A stretch of DNA of 64,000 bases from Balanoglossus misakiensis (lineage: Eukaryota > Animalia > Hemichordata). Below the pieces are notes generated by a model, which saw nothing but the letters and a program-made list of their open reading frames with translations, ran no database searches and had not been told where the DNA came from. Shown here piece by piece: positions 1 through 39,132 of this stretch; position 1 is the first letter of the stretch, and every line of letters starts with the position of its first letter. Both the position numbers and the translations under genes were made by a program. The stretch covers positions 5,426,209-5,490,208 of the forward strand of contig CM082592.2 in the NCBI GenBank assembly GCA_040954595.2. Reading direction: 5' to 3'.

Positions 1-1747
1 TTCCACTAGTATTAAGTCAAATAAAAGTTAATGAAGGAGAAAACTGTACGTGTGTCTGAGTGGTTCTTTTTAAATCATAGATGTCGTTAGTATGTCCGGC
101 TTTCTAACTTTTACGTTTTTGTAGACAATGTCTCTTCGTTAACATCTTTAAACTTGCCACCGGTATGAGTTTTTGTCTCTGCCACAGCTACCATGGACGT
201 TGAGTGTAGACAATCACAACTTTTCGCGGGGTGGACACACCCTCAAGGCCAGAACAACAGTTTAAGTTTGTGTTTACATAACCCGATTCTTGGGTTAAAA
301 ACGGGACCCGCACCAGAGTGATCCAGTAATTAAAGATAAATCGAGCCACCAAAAAAGCTTGGAACTCGTCCAACAAGGATATGTTTTTATTTTTCGGGGT
401 TTCTCAAGTAAACAAGTATCGTCCTCTCTTACCTTGAATGAACGAACGAACGAATGAATGAAAGACTCTAAGTACAGCCCACACGAAAATATCTTCTGCC
501 TTAGCCTGGAAGACTTCGTCTTTCTTTCTGTCCGTTTCCAAGCTCAATTTAACAAAGACAATACGAATGTGTTTTATTCTACCTGTAAACACGCCAAATC
601 GATGTGTTTTCGAACTGTGTTAAATACATGTACGTACATTATTATAAACTACATACCACGCCCGAAATACAGAAAGTGCGCACATGCAGTGTGCCAGGTA
701 GCGGGACCGCGGCACAGGAATTTACCTTGTTTTTTAAGTTGCGCCAGTGTACGCAGTTCAAAAATAATCCATGTGATTTATAGATTTAGTGACACAGAAA
801 CCTATCTACCTAATACAGTGTACTGATATCGGGGTAACGATCAACTTCATAGGTAAATATTCGTAACTTCAGGGTTGACAAACGCTCGAGTTGGCACGTA
901 AGACTAAAGCCCCAGTAGCTGGGCGTTGTTGTTGTTTGTTTGTTTTTGCATTTTTTTTCATGATTTTATTTTCAAACTTTAATAGACTGGTCCATTGAAA
1001 TGTATGCACAAACACATTACCAACCACTGAATGTGACTGTACATATCAATGCGAAATATTTAAGTAAACGGGTGTCGCACCCCTTTATTCAGCCATGCAT
1101 TGCAATAGTTTATATACAACTATAGTGGTATGATGCACATCGGTGTTAGAATCAACAGTGAAAGTTGTGTCGATCGTTTGTCGACTTAGGATAAGGGGAA
1201 AAAAGAATAATTTTATCGATTGAAAATATGCTAAAATGGGACAGCTATTTGGAGCTTTAATGAGATCTCGATGATAAAGACGTGAATGTTATGAGGTAGA
1301 TTTTAACGGTCAGACTGTTGACTTTTTACGTACAAAGAGCGTGAGAAAACTAGCCTTGACCTAAGTTAATAATTGACGGATATTTCTAATGTAGTCGTCA
1401 CTGTTGCTGCAATAGTGGCGCATAGAGGATAATGTTGTTCCGCACGGGTTAGTTGCGCATCGGGTATGATAGGACACGGAATAGTTCTTGTGTTCACACG
1501 AAAACTTTAATAATAAATAGGGTAAATGGTTTTTGCATCTGCGTTCATGTGTACATGTGTAGGCTTACACATAGCAACACTTCATTTTGCACGGGGCGTT
1601 TGCAGGTGCACGCATATAGTTCTGAAATTTGGCGAGATCGTCGACTCGTCATACACCTGACTGTGTACATCAGTACTCCAATCCTGTTATGCACGCTTAA
1701 ACGTTTGATTTGGCACGCATCTTAGGATATTTTAATTGTCGCGAATG

Positions 1748-1856
1748 AAGTCCCAAAGTCCCACGAACTTTCCATATGCGTTTGCGAAATATTTTGAGAA
1801 AAACGTAAAAACAAATCAAACCGTTTCGCAGAATTTCGCAATGGTGACGTGCAAAT
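1748..1856. promoter_or_regulatory. Putative immune-responsive enhancer upstream of the BRICHOS gene (C/EBP-like and kappaB-like sites)
   Basis: C/EBP-type TTTGCGAAAT (1781-1790), GTTTCGCAGA (1823-1832) and ATTTCGCAAT (1833-1842). GGGACTT twice on the minus strand (1748-1762), CGAACTTTCC (1764-1773), and a TGACGT half-CRE (1845). Motif match only. Confidence 0.35.
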
Positions 1857-2098
1857 AACAGACAAAACTCAAGTAGCCATGTCAATATTGACCAATTGTT
1901 GTTTACTGTCAACTGAATCCTTCGGTCATTGCTACCATTTCAAAGAAAAGTGGGTTTACTACACCTCACGTCACCTAAAGGTGGTGGACAGGGTTTGTAC
2001 CTTGCGCTAATTTTCAAATTGATTTGTCGAACATAAAGAGTGCGGCAATATTGTTCAAAAAGTAACCTTTCTCCGTTTTTTTCCAAGGAAATTTTGTT

Positions 2099-2153
2099 AT
2101 CATTCATTCATTCATTCATTCATTCATTCATTCATTCATTCATTCATTCATTC
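2099..2153. repeat. (ATTC)n microsatellite, about 13 units
   Basis: Direct reading: cattcattcattc... Confidence 0.95.
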
Positions 2154-2174
2154 GATCAATCAAACAAATCATTG

Positions 2175-2323
<149 letters not shown>

Positions 2324-2431
2324 TATCGTTGGTTATGTATAATACACAAGAACATCTTAGATGAGTTCTTCGAACCCAAACTTTTAATCAGTCAACCCGG
2401 ATGCCCATCGTTACGTCCCGTTGGCTCCCTG

Positions 2432-2481
2432 CCAATAGGAAAAATTATTCTTGTGCATCATGACCAGACGAAGCTATATAA
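2432..2481 (+). promoter_or_regulatory. Core promoter of the BRICHOS gene (CCAAT box plus TATA box)
   Basis: CCAAT at 2432-2436 and TATATAA at 2475-2481, about 100 bp upstream of ATG 2579 (context ACAACATGA). Confidence 0.65.
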
Positions 2482-2578
2482 TAGCAGCGGGGAGCGTGGT
2501 AGAGCCAAATTGCATTGAGACTCACTCAAATTCACAGCCAAAGAATATACAACCTGAGAAGTATCCAACGGAGACAAC

Positions 2579-4106
2579 ATGAAAACTTTGGTGATCTTCG
2601 TCGCTTGCCTGTTACTGGCCAGTGTACAGTCCGCTCCCACTGAGCCGGGGGCCTCCGAGGTAATCAGAAAATCGTGGTTTCTTCTTAGCGATGATAAGCC
2701 CAGCAGCAGCTTTAAGAGACAGTCTGGTTTTCAGGTGTTGGCATTGTCATCAGAATATCTGCCTGAGTACGCAAGAATTCCATTTTTGGAAATTATCGAA
2801 AGCCACGTACATTCTTGCAATGCAGGCCTATATACAACATTTTGTCCAATAGTGTCACAATTTTACCGAAGTATTTATTAAGCCGCTATTGCAAATTTGG
2901 TATTTTTCTATACTCTCACGTTTTTTCCTTGTCATACTTATTTTGCGCCTCTCACTTTCTGCGTGTGCTATTTTATTTCTGGTGCAGGTTGCTACGTACG
3001 CCGTCAAACTCAAGGCCAAGGGAGTCGTGAAGGAAGAGGCGGTCACTGTTGACGAAGAGAAGAACGTAGAGACGTTCAAAACGGTCGATTCCGACGATGC
3101 AGAGATAGTTCAAGATTTTGACGCGGTGAGCGTCGATAAATTGCAAATTAGACGTCTTTAATAGGGAAGAACCGGTTGATTTCTGGGGGTGGGAGAATTA
3201 TGTATGTCAGGATTTTTTTCTGTTGCCAGGCCTTCTTTTTGTCCAGGCATTGCTGTTGGTCTTCATATGAAATATCTTTCGTTTTCTTGTGCAGGGATTA
3301 GAAGCCGTAGTCCCCAGGTATGGTCCGTGTTACGTGAGGCCATTGAACAGTGATGAGAGCGTCCCACCAAAAGAGTTGAAGGATGACTTAGAAAGCGCTA
3401 AGGTGAGTTATGGAAAAATGAAATGCCCGCTGTATAGTATACTACAAAGTCCGTTTTGTCATGTAGTGTGTAGGTTACACACACGGCTTCGAACTTAAAG
3501 TGAATTTGTTAAAGTCGCTTGCTACCGCTCTACGGTCGACAGGATCTGCCTAACTGAAAATCATGCTCATTTTTCTCCGTATCCAGGACACAACTCCGGT
3601 AGCCGAGGAAAAACCGGATGACTACTACACGCTGGCCGGCACTCCCGTCAAAAATCGCGCTGTCGTCGGTGATACCATCGGAGCAAAGTGTGAAGGCAGA
3701 GACATCTACTGGCTGGCGTCAGTTCCCCACGGAGATGCAAGTAGGTGACATTTTTTAAAACCTTTTTAGTCATTTTTGGAACTGATCTGCTGTGATTACC
3801 CGAGGAAGGGCAACGGTGCATAAAAGTCATTCGTGGGATTTTGGTCCGCAACTTTGTCTACGAACGGTACCTCATGGTTCAACAGGCACTGGAGTTACCC
3901 GTACTTAGCAATACTTGCAATGACATTTTCGCTGCACTCCAACCTATTCCTATTGTGATTATGATAATTATATCATTCTTTTTTAATCATTATAACTCTT
4001 ATCAGGTCGCGATAAACGTGGCTGCTCCTGGTGGAGATACTGCAGGTTTTACCTCATTAACGGAGTTTGGTATTATCGTTGCTGGTTGATCTGGCGTTGC
4101 ACTTAA
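2579..4106 (+). CDS. Secreted BRICHOS-domain precursor (193 aa) with a C-terminal arenicin-like beta-hairpin peptide
   Basis: Exons 2579-2659, 2988-3125, 3295-3402, 3587-3740 and 4006-4106 are all GT-AG and in frame. Signal peptide MKTLVIFVACLLLASVQS; BRICHOS-like core (IVQDFDAGL..GPCYVRPL..IGAKCEGRDIYWL, with the conserved Asp and the Cys pair); furin site RDKR; peptide GCSWWRYCRFYLINGVWYYRCWLIWRCT*. Confidence 0.88.
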
Positions 4107-4642
4107 GTGCTGACATCAAGTCCACGCCGTCGGTCACCGTGATTTTGTCCATGTGCTATTTTTTACGTGTACTTACAGAACCTCAGTGAAATTTGTCAAA
4201 TCATAGTCCAGTGTAGTACTCAACGTTTTATTAGTCGAGAACGGATGATTCGAGCAAGGGTAGCCATGAGTGGGTTTGTATACGTATGTTTCATAGGCTT
4301 GTACGTGGGTCTGCTGTTCTGCAGATATACATATATTTTTTTTATAGAACTGCAAATTGGGTCGTAGTGTATGTATATACAGTATGTATAGTAATTTTAA
4401 TTTCTGATGTACATTTTATCACAGCATTTTTTTTCACTTTTAGAAGATTTTTTCTTTTCATTTGAACTTCACTTGTACATTGACTTACGTCTCTGTTGTC
4501 TTTGCCAATCCCATCCCAACATGCACGTGGTAATTGCGGTTGTCATATTTCTTTATACATTGTTATTTAAACATACATGTAATACTTTTTTTAAATTATG
4601 TTATACTTTACTATTGGATTTTTTACAAGAGAGTCAAATCTC

Positions 4643-4648
4643 AATAAA
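4643..4648 (+). terminator. Polyadenylation signal AATAAA of the BRICHOS gene
   Basis: AATAAA about 540 nt after the stop codon, followed by a GT-rich tract (gtttgtgtatttg). Confidence 0.55.
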
Positions 4649-4704
4649 AGTTAACACGAAAGAGAACTGAGTTTGTGTATTTGATTTTAGAACATAGCTG
4701 ACTT

Positions 4705-4901
4705 CAGTCAAAACCGAACTCACAATACTGGCTATATAGTGATACCTCTCAGTCTCTATTAATTTAAAGATGCCTCTGGGACCTGAAAATCTGTCCTTAA
4801 TAGAGAGGTGTCCTTACTAGACAGGTAATAGTCTATTCAAAACTGTGACTTGAATAAGTGTCCCGATTTGAACAGTGTCTGTAATGACAGTCTTCACTGT
4901 A
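4705..4901. mobile_element. Degenerate Tc1/pogo-type MITE between the convergent BRICHOS and TLCD3 3' ends
   Basis: Termini CAGTCAAAAC ... CTTCACTG-TA, with internal TAGAGAGGTGTCC and TAGACAGG subterminal motifs typical of pogo-like MITEs. Confidence 0.45.
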
Positions 4902-4928
4902 TACTTGTTCAGTTTTATTAATCAGTGG

Positions 4929-6620
4929 TCAATCATGTTTGGGAGTAATACTTGTGGATTTCCCAGCACTCCCATCGACATACATGTATGTCTCTGAACC
5001 ATTTCTCACTTGGCCAGAGTTCACCCGTTTCACTGTCCTACCAGCTGCCACAAGAATAAGACAGAACCAGTATGCTTGGAATGCAAAGACGATGAAACAG
5101 CCAATATTGCACTGTACAGGAATGTGTTGGGCTACCTCCCATAAAGTGAGATTCTTAGTCCTGCCGTACACATGGTAAATAAATGGAAACATCAGCAGTC
5201 TACAGCAGAAATACGAAACGATGATGAGCGCTCCATTGATGAGGTACAACTTGGACTTCTCCCAACCGACCTGGAACACAAAAGTCAAAGATACCAGAAA
5301 TGTTATCTGATGTATAGTTACATAGTATACTCGTATGAGACAATCATTATAAAGGTGGTGATTACAGGTACAGATTCTCAATTTTTTTTAATATACAGAG
5401 CAGAATGTCCACTCACCAATTTCAAGACTGTCCTGAGGTAAAGGAAAGGATTCGACATCTCCATTGCATAAAAACACCCAAGAAAGAAATCTCCTTTCCC
5501 ATTGCGCAAGAACTGTAAGAATAAAGCAACAATTACCGCTAGGTTTACAATATAATTTCAGTGATATGTTATGGATATAGTGACAATTGAGCCCAACATA
5601 ATTATTTCGAGTAGTGCTGTTAACGCATGTAAAACAATGAATGTTAGCTGCAAACACAGGAAATTCGCACTGCTGATTTGCATATCGGTCTTACCATAAC
5701 AAACGGGTAGGCAATTGCAGCAATGGCCAGATGGTGTATTACTATCGCTGGGTTATTCTGCATGTAGTCTTTGATTGCACTCGACAAACTCGTGGTTTGT
5801 AAATGGGGTTTCTTGGTGCAGTGCATCACAAACATGGCATACACATCATAGATCATGTAGGGCAATCCGAATGTGGCATATGAATTAGTTAACCAGTGCC
5901 TAAAACAGATACACGTAACTGTTAGTAAATGTACTGTAATTCAAGATTCTTGGTCTGTTATAATTCTTTAATTTATAAAATTTTCACAAAGTTGAAACGG
6001 CTTCAGATTGTGTACTAAATCTGAGAATTGTTTCATTTCATTTTACAAGTCATACAATCAGTACTACATAAAGCCATAATATGTGAGATCATCTGAAACT
6101 AAGACAAGTAGATGTGGCCATATTATCTTACTACATTTAATAACTATACAGAATAACATGTCTACAGTCCCATGACATAGGACACAGTGTAACTGTAGTG
6201 AAAGAACCTACAGTATAGACCAGTGTCTGGTTTTATATTATGATTTTCTACAGCATAAATATACAAAGAAAGATTCATTGTACCTTTGATAAATCAGGTC
6301 ATCTTTGCAATTTGTAGTGATGATCAGACCACAGGTGATAGCCAATGCTGCCTGAACAGCTGACACAGCTCTGTGTGAAAGAAGATGAGAAAAACAAAAC
6401 AAAAAGTAAGTCTAGCTGGACTTCTTTCGAGTTTCATATCAACTCTCAGTTTCTGAGAATAAATTGTAAGTACTCACTTTACTGAAACTGTCACGTTTAT
6501 CACGTTTCCCATATCGACTCCGTAGGTGAAATGCTTCATCCCTTTTCGAAAGAAGTGAAAAAGTCCCGGGAAAAACAAACAGCCGAGAGTAAACAGGAAA
6601 ACATACCACACCGTGCACAT
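4929..6620 (-). CDS. TLCD3: TLC domain-containing protein 3 (FAM57 family; ceramide synthase-like/acyltransferase)
   Basis: Five exons on the minus strand: MCTVWYVFLFTLGCLFFPGLF.. / AVSAVQAALAITCGLII..CKDDLIYQR / HWLTNSYATFGLPYMIYDVYAMF..IHHL / GKGDFFLGCFYAMEMSNPF / LYLING..CRLLMFPFIY..PKHD*. These match TLCD3A/B motifs. The true ATG is at 6620, not the ORF-track start at 6747. Confidence 0.9.
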
Positions 6621-7589
6621 TCAAAACAACGTTGAAGCAGACGGACAAGAGAAATCCTTGGGGTAGATCGCAAAGCATTTTGGGAAATGGGGTTACGTGT
6701 GAAGAACGCAGAAAAGGTTCTTTTCCGTCCCACCCTGAATTTTTCATTCATATTATATTGTCAATGCATAGTAAGAAATGAAAAAAGGTTCCTAAGGTAT
6801 CACATGTTATTTCAAATAAGACAAATACATGTTTTCCAACATCAAAGTCAACATTCCGTGGAGTAAATAATACGAAACAAACTATCAAACAGGAAGTACA
6901 AATTTTGCAAAGAAAGATCACACATACAGTACAGCGTAGAGACTTCCAGTTGCAATAATCTGGTAGAATATACTCCCCCGTGTGTCTCGTTGGCAAACCA
7001 GGTAAAGTAAAGCGTATATTGCTAACGGAACCGCAGTTTTTTGCAGGTTTTAATGCAATTAAACAACGCGAAGCCCTGGGACACGGACAGACTGTCTGCT
7101 GTATTCGGGGTCATTCAGCTTGACCTCCCTATTCCAGGAAAGGGTAGCGGTTATGATTCTGGCGGGTGTATGTTGCCAGGTTGATTGGTGCATGATGGTG
7201 TTCGCCAATCAACTTATCAGCACGCGCTACAATCATTGATTGAATCATTGCAGCTGAGGAAGAGGAGGCCCCTTTCAAACAGTCCATTATCAGCCGAGAA
7301 TCATCATAATGGGATCTTCATCAATATCAGTGACCATATGAGAATGTAAAAAGTAGTTGTAGACACTAGACGGTCATCGTGATGTGTATTCAGCACAGTC
7401 GTTGCAGTTGTTCAAGTAACTAAATACATGTAACTTGCAATTAAAACGCAAATGTCGTCGGCCAATCATGAGCCTGTGTTATCAACTTACTCTGGTGTTT
7501 TCCTAAAATTTAAAGGGCACTGGCTTGTTCTCTGAAGGGAACAGACCACAGCATCATTAGTAACAATCTCAAATAAGTAGCCTACCAAG
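6621..7589. promoter_or_regulatory. Probable bidirectional promoter and 5'UTRs of the head-to-head TLCD3/SGF29 pair
   Basis: Divergent ATGs 970 bp apart; ETS-like CAGGAAGT near 6890; possible SGF29 5'UTR donor CAG|GTAAAG near 7001; CCAAT boxes near 7205 and 7462. Confidence 0.45.
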
Positions 7590-10095
7590 ATGAGAAGAGG
7601 CAAGTCATCGGGGCCAAGTGCAAGTACTAGCAGTCTAGTCAGTGTTGCAACACCTTCATCTAGCAGTGGTCCTCCCAGTCAGAGTGGTAGTACAAGTGGC
7701 AGTGGTACTTCTGCATCTGTGTCAACTCCAACCTCCGAACCGAGTGTCCGAGAGATGTTGAAAGAACTCCACCAACTCATCACGCAAACTCAAGTAAGTC
7801 AAAGGCCAAGGGGATGTGCTTACCCTTGGTTTCCCTTATGTTTACCAATAAACAGTTCTGTGTGCAGACAAAGGGTCTATTGTTTAATATCTATCAAAAT
7901 TCCCACGTCAATAAATATGGTCTTTTGAAATCTTTTCTGTGGGTTGCAGGAGGAAAGAGCCAGCGGTGAACACAACCTCAGTAACATAGCCAAGACACAT
8001 GAACGGATGCAGTATGAACAGAAAGGTAACTTTCAAACTGTGAGAGTCAATCTTGTTTGGTTATAATAGTATAAAAACGTGCTAATTTTCTTTCTGTGGG
8101 AACTTTGAAAGAAGCAGGCTTTCACAACATAAATTTGATGAATACGGTGTTACTAAGTTCAACTTTTAACTTTGGATAAACATTGGACCTAATTATTATA
8201 TTCTACGTTCCTTCAGTATCACCATATTTCAAGCAGAAATTACGAGGACTTTACAACACAGCCATGGCAGATGCTGAAAGTGAGGCTGAGTAAGTTATTA
8301 ATTTTTCATTACATTTACGTCTATAGAGTTTTGTACATTTGTACTGTACATTTTGTACATCACAAATGTACAGTACTGAATCATAAAAAGGTTTCTGTTA
8401 CACATTTAAATTATTATCATAACACATCCTTGTCTTGTCCCTTTGAAGCATGCTAAGGAAATGTCTGGATAGGATTGCAACAATCAAATCCGTTCGAAAT
8501 GAGAGGAGGCTAGCATCCAGGACTGGATATCCGGATGATGTACCACGGAAGACGATGAGGCGAGGTGTGCTCATGACGATGTTACAGCAGTCGGCCCTGA
8601 CACTACCACTGTGGATTGGCAAACCCAGTGAAAGGTAACATGGCCTAATGAGGGCAGTCTTTTAAGTTTAATATCTCAACTGTAGAGGGCAGTATGCCAA
8701 AGTTGGCTTTATCTGTTGTGGTTTATGCCAAAATTCATATAGGAGGCATCTCTGAATATTTACTGCAATTTGGAATGACTTTCGACAAGGATAGTTGCCC
8801 CCCCCCAGACATTTACCCAACAGATGATTAACCTAATCCAAACCCTGTATGTTGGGTAGTGTTAAAATAGTTTATGTTGAGAGGTACCAGCAGTTTTCCA
8901 GTGGGTAACAACCCTAATATCCAAATCACTCGACTTCTCCCTGTAGTCCTCCTCCACTGTGTGGCGCCGTATCTGCTGAAAGCAATTACATAGCCAAGAC
9001 GGGGGATAAGGTCGCTGCCAGAGTGAAGGGCATAGATGGTGACGAGACGTGGATACTGGCTGAAGTCGTGTCGTTTAATTCCGGCACAAATAAATACGAA
9101 GTGGATGATATCGATGAGGAAGGCAAAGAGTAAGTTGGAATATCCCTCCTTTCATTTTCTTAATATTTGTGTGGTACTCAGTTGTAATGTCATTCAAATT
9201 TGGTAAAACAACAAGGTACATATGCATGTCAGTTTATTTTGTGGTACAATCAAATCAATAAGGCTGCCAGACAGCCATTTTGTTACAATATAGTAAATAT
9301 GCTGGATGAATTACAAGGGTACTCAAATTACTACCAAACAATTTACAGTACATTTTCCTTGTTTCCGCAGGAGGCATTTCTTATCCAGGCGAAGAGTAAT
9401 TCCTTTGCCTTTAATGAAAGCTGATCCAGAAAATAACCCTGAGGCCCTTTTTCATAAAAATCAGGTAGGATATAGACATTCTTCTTCTTCTTGTAATGAA
9501 TCAACTTCCTTTCTTCCTTACTATGAAGTTAAAAGTGAAGTGAAACCTTCCCATTCTCTGTTGCATAGAGACGTGTGTGAAATCATGTCTGTAGAATGGA
9601 GTGATCCTAGTGAAAATACCAACAGAAACTTGAAGGTGAAGGGATTGTGAATTATGAAAATACTTGTTTTGCACAAATTCATTATAATCAGTTATATTTA
9701 TTTTAACTTCATTTTAGTTGGTGCTAGCACTGTATCCACAGACTACCTGTTTCTACAGAGCTCTGATACATGAGCCACCAGCAAGGGTATGTGTTTACTT
9801 TTATAGACATTGTTTATGCGAATGATATTCAGACTACGGGTCCTGGTCTGGATTCTAGACTACAAACTACATACCATTGGACTTTAAAATAATACATCAT
9901 GTACTAGCAAAGCTTAAACTGTGATACAGGCAAATTTATTTGAATGATAATCCTGTTCTTCCTGTCAATTTTGTCTAGGCTCAAGATGACTACTCAGTAT
10001 TATTTGAAGACACATCGTATGCCGATGGTTACTCACCACCACTGAATGTCGCCCAAAGATATGTTGTCGCTGTCAAAGAACCGAGGAAGCGATAG
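7590..10095 (+). CDS. SGF29: SAGA complex-associated factor 29 (CCDC101; tandem Tudor H3K4me reader)
   Basis: Spliced translation: LKELHQLITQTQ/EERASGEHNLSNIAKTHERM../SPYFKQKLRGLY../RRGVLMTMLQQSALTLPLWIGKP../PPPLCGAV..GDKVAARVK..WILAEVV..YEVDDIDEEGKE/..LSRRRVIPLP../VLALYPQTTCFYRA../DDYSVLFEDTSYADGYSPPLNVAQRYVV..KR*. Confidence 0.96.
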
Positions 10096-11130
10096 CATTC
10101 AAGCGTCACACAATTGAAATGGAATTCCTGTATATATTTTTGAACATTTCTATTTATTTTCATTTTATTCTGAAGAAAGACAATTTTCGTATCGTTTTCT
10201 ATCCTTTTGTAAACTGCAAGTGTAGTAGCGTTTTAATTTGAGGATAAATACACTAGAAATGCCTAGAATTTGAATCATGGAGTAAAATTGACCTAAATGC
10301 TTTGTTTAAAGTGTCATTTTCATTTCACGTTTATTTACAGAAGGTATTATTGGACGTGCATTTGTTGAAAACATCCTGATTCGCGTCCTTGTTATGCGCA
10401 CAAAATGTATACATTTCCACGACATAATACCATGTCTATTTATACATGTATGCATGTACACGATATCTACCAGCAAAGCCAGAGTATATAGCATGGACAG
10501 CCCCAACATGAAACCCCTGTGAAAATAAATTGTTATTTGCAATGATACTAACAGATTGCTGAACATTTCTAAATATGTTTCTGTTCTTTTAAACTATTTA
10601 TTGACAGAATCTTACATCAAAGGATATTTGCATTTAGTATAGATGTGCTGATTCCATTGTCTATTTTGTATATTGTTGAAATTCATGAAATATTCAAAAC
10701 TCGCTCATTTGTAAACTTAATGATTACTGAAATAAATATTTCGATGAACTCGATAAACAATGTTTCATGGCATCACTGTTAAAAGTTTGTTCTTATATTT
10801 GCTGTATGATGCGTTATACACGTAAACGCATGGCAGTATTTAGTGCGCCACCAAAGGCGGGTTCCAGGCAGGAAAGATGAAACGTTTTCGCAAGTCTGCA
10901 CCAACTGATTAACAATTGATTAAAATTGCCAAGCAAATCCTGCGACTTTTCCCCCGCTGACTCAGTCAATTCGATATTTTCTGTATATGCCAAGCAAAGA
11001 AAGACTCGTGCGTCAAATTCATCTTGTCTATGTAAAGCATTCATAAAGTGCGTTCCCGGAACTTGCATTTGCACTATGGCACGTACGGTCATTCGGCCTA
11101 ACATGACACTAATCATGTGATCGCCAAATC

Positions 11131-11140
11131 CAAAATGGCG
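11131..11140 (+). promoter_or_regulatory. YY1-type motif at the USP32 start region
   Basis: CAAAATGGCG about 100 bp upstream of ATG 11233 in a CpG-enriched patch. Confidence 0.5.
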
Positions 11141-11232
11141 ACGTGATATTTCTTGGCTTCTATATCACTGGATCGACTGTTTGACTCCGATTTTTGACGC
11201 TTGATGGCTTAGAACTCCCACACGGCGACATC

Positions 11233-39132
<27,900 letters not shown>

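Noticed and set aside
3841-4089. ORF-track protein ending VAINVAAPGG...
   Set aside because: Wrong frame for the last BRICHOS exon. Splice phase from exon 4 selects the RDKR-peptide frame.
6439-6751. ORFs 6439..6747 and 6536..6751 as TLCD3 N-termini
   Set aside because: The TLCD3-like sequence (LFFPGLF) is in the third frame starting at ATG 6620.
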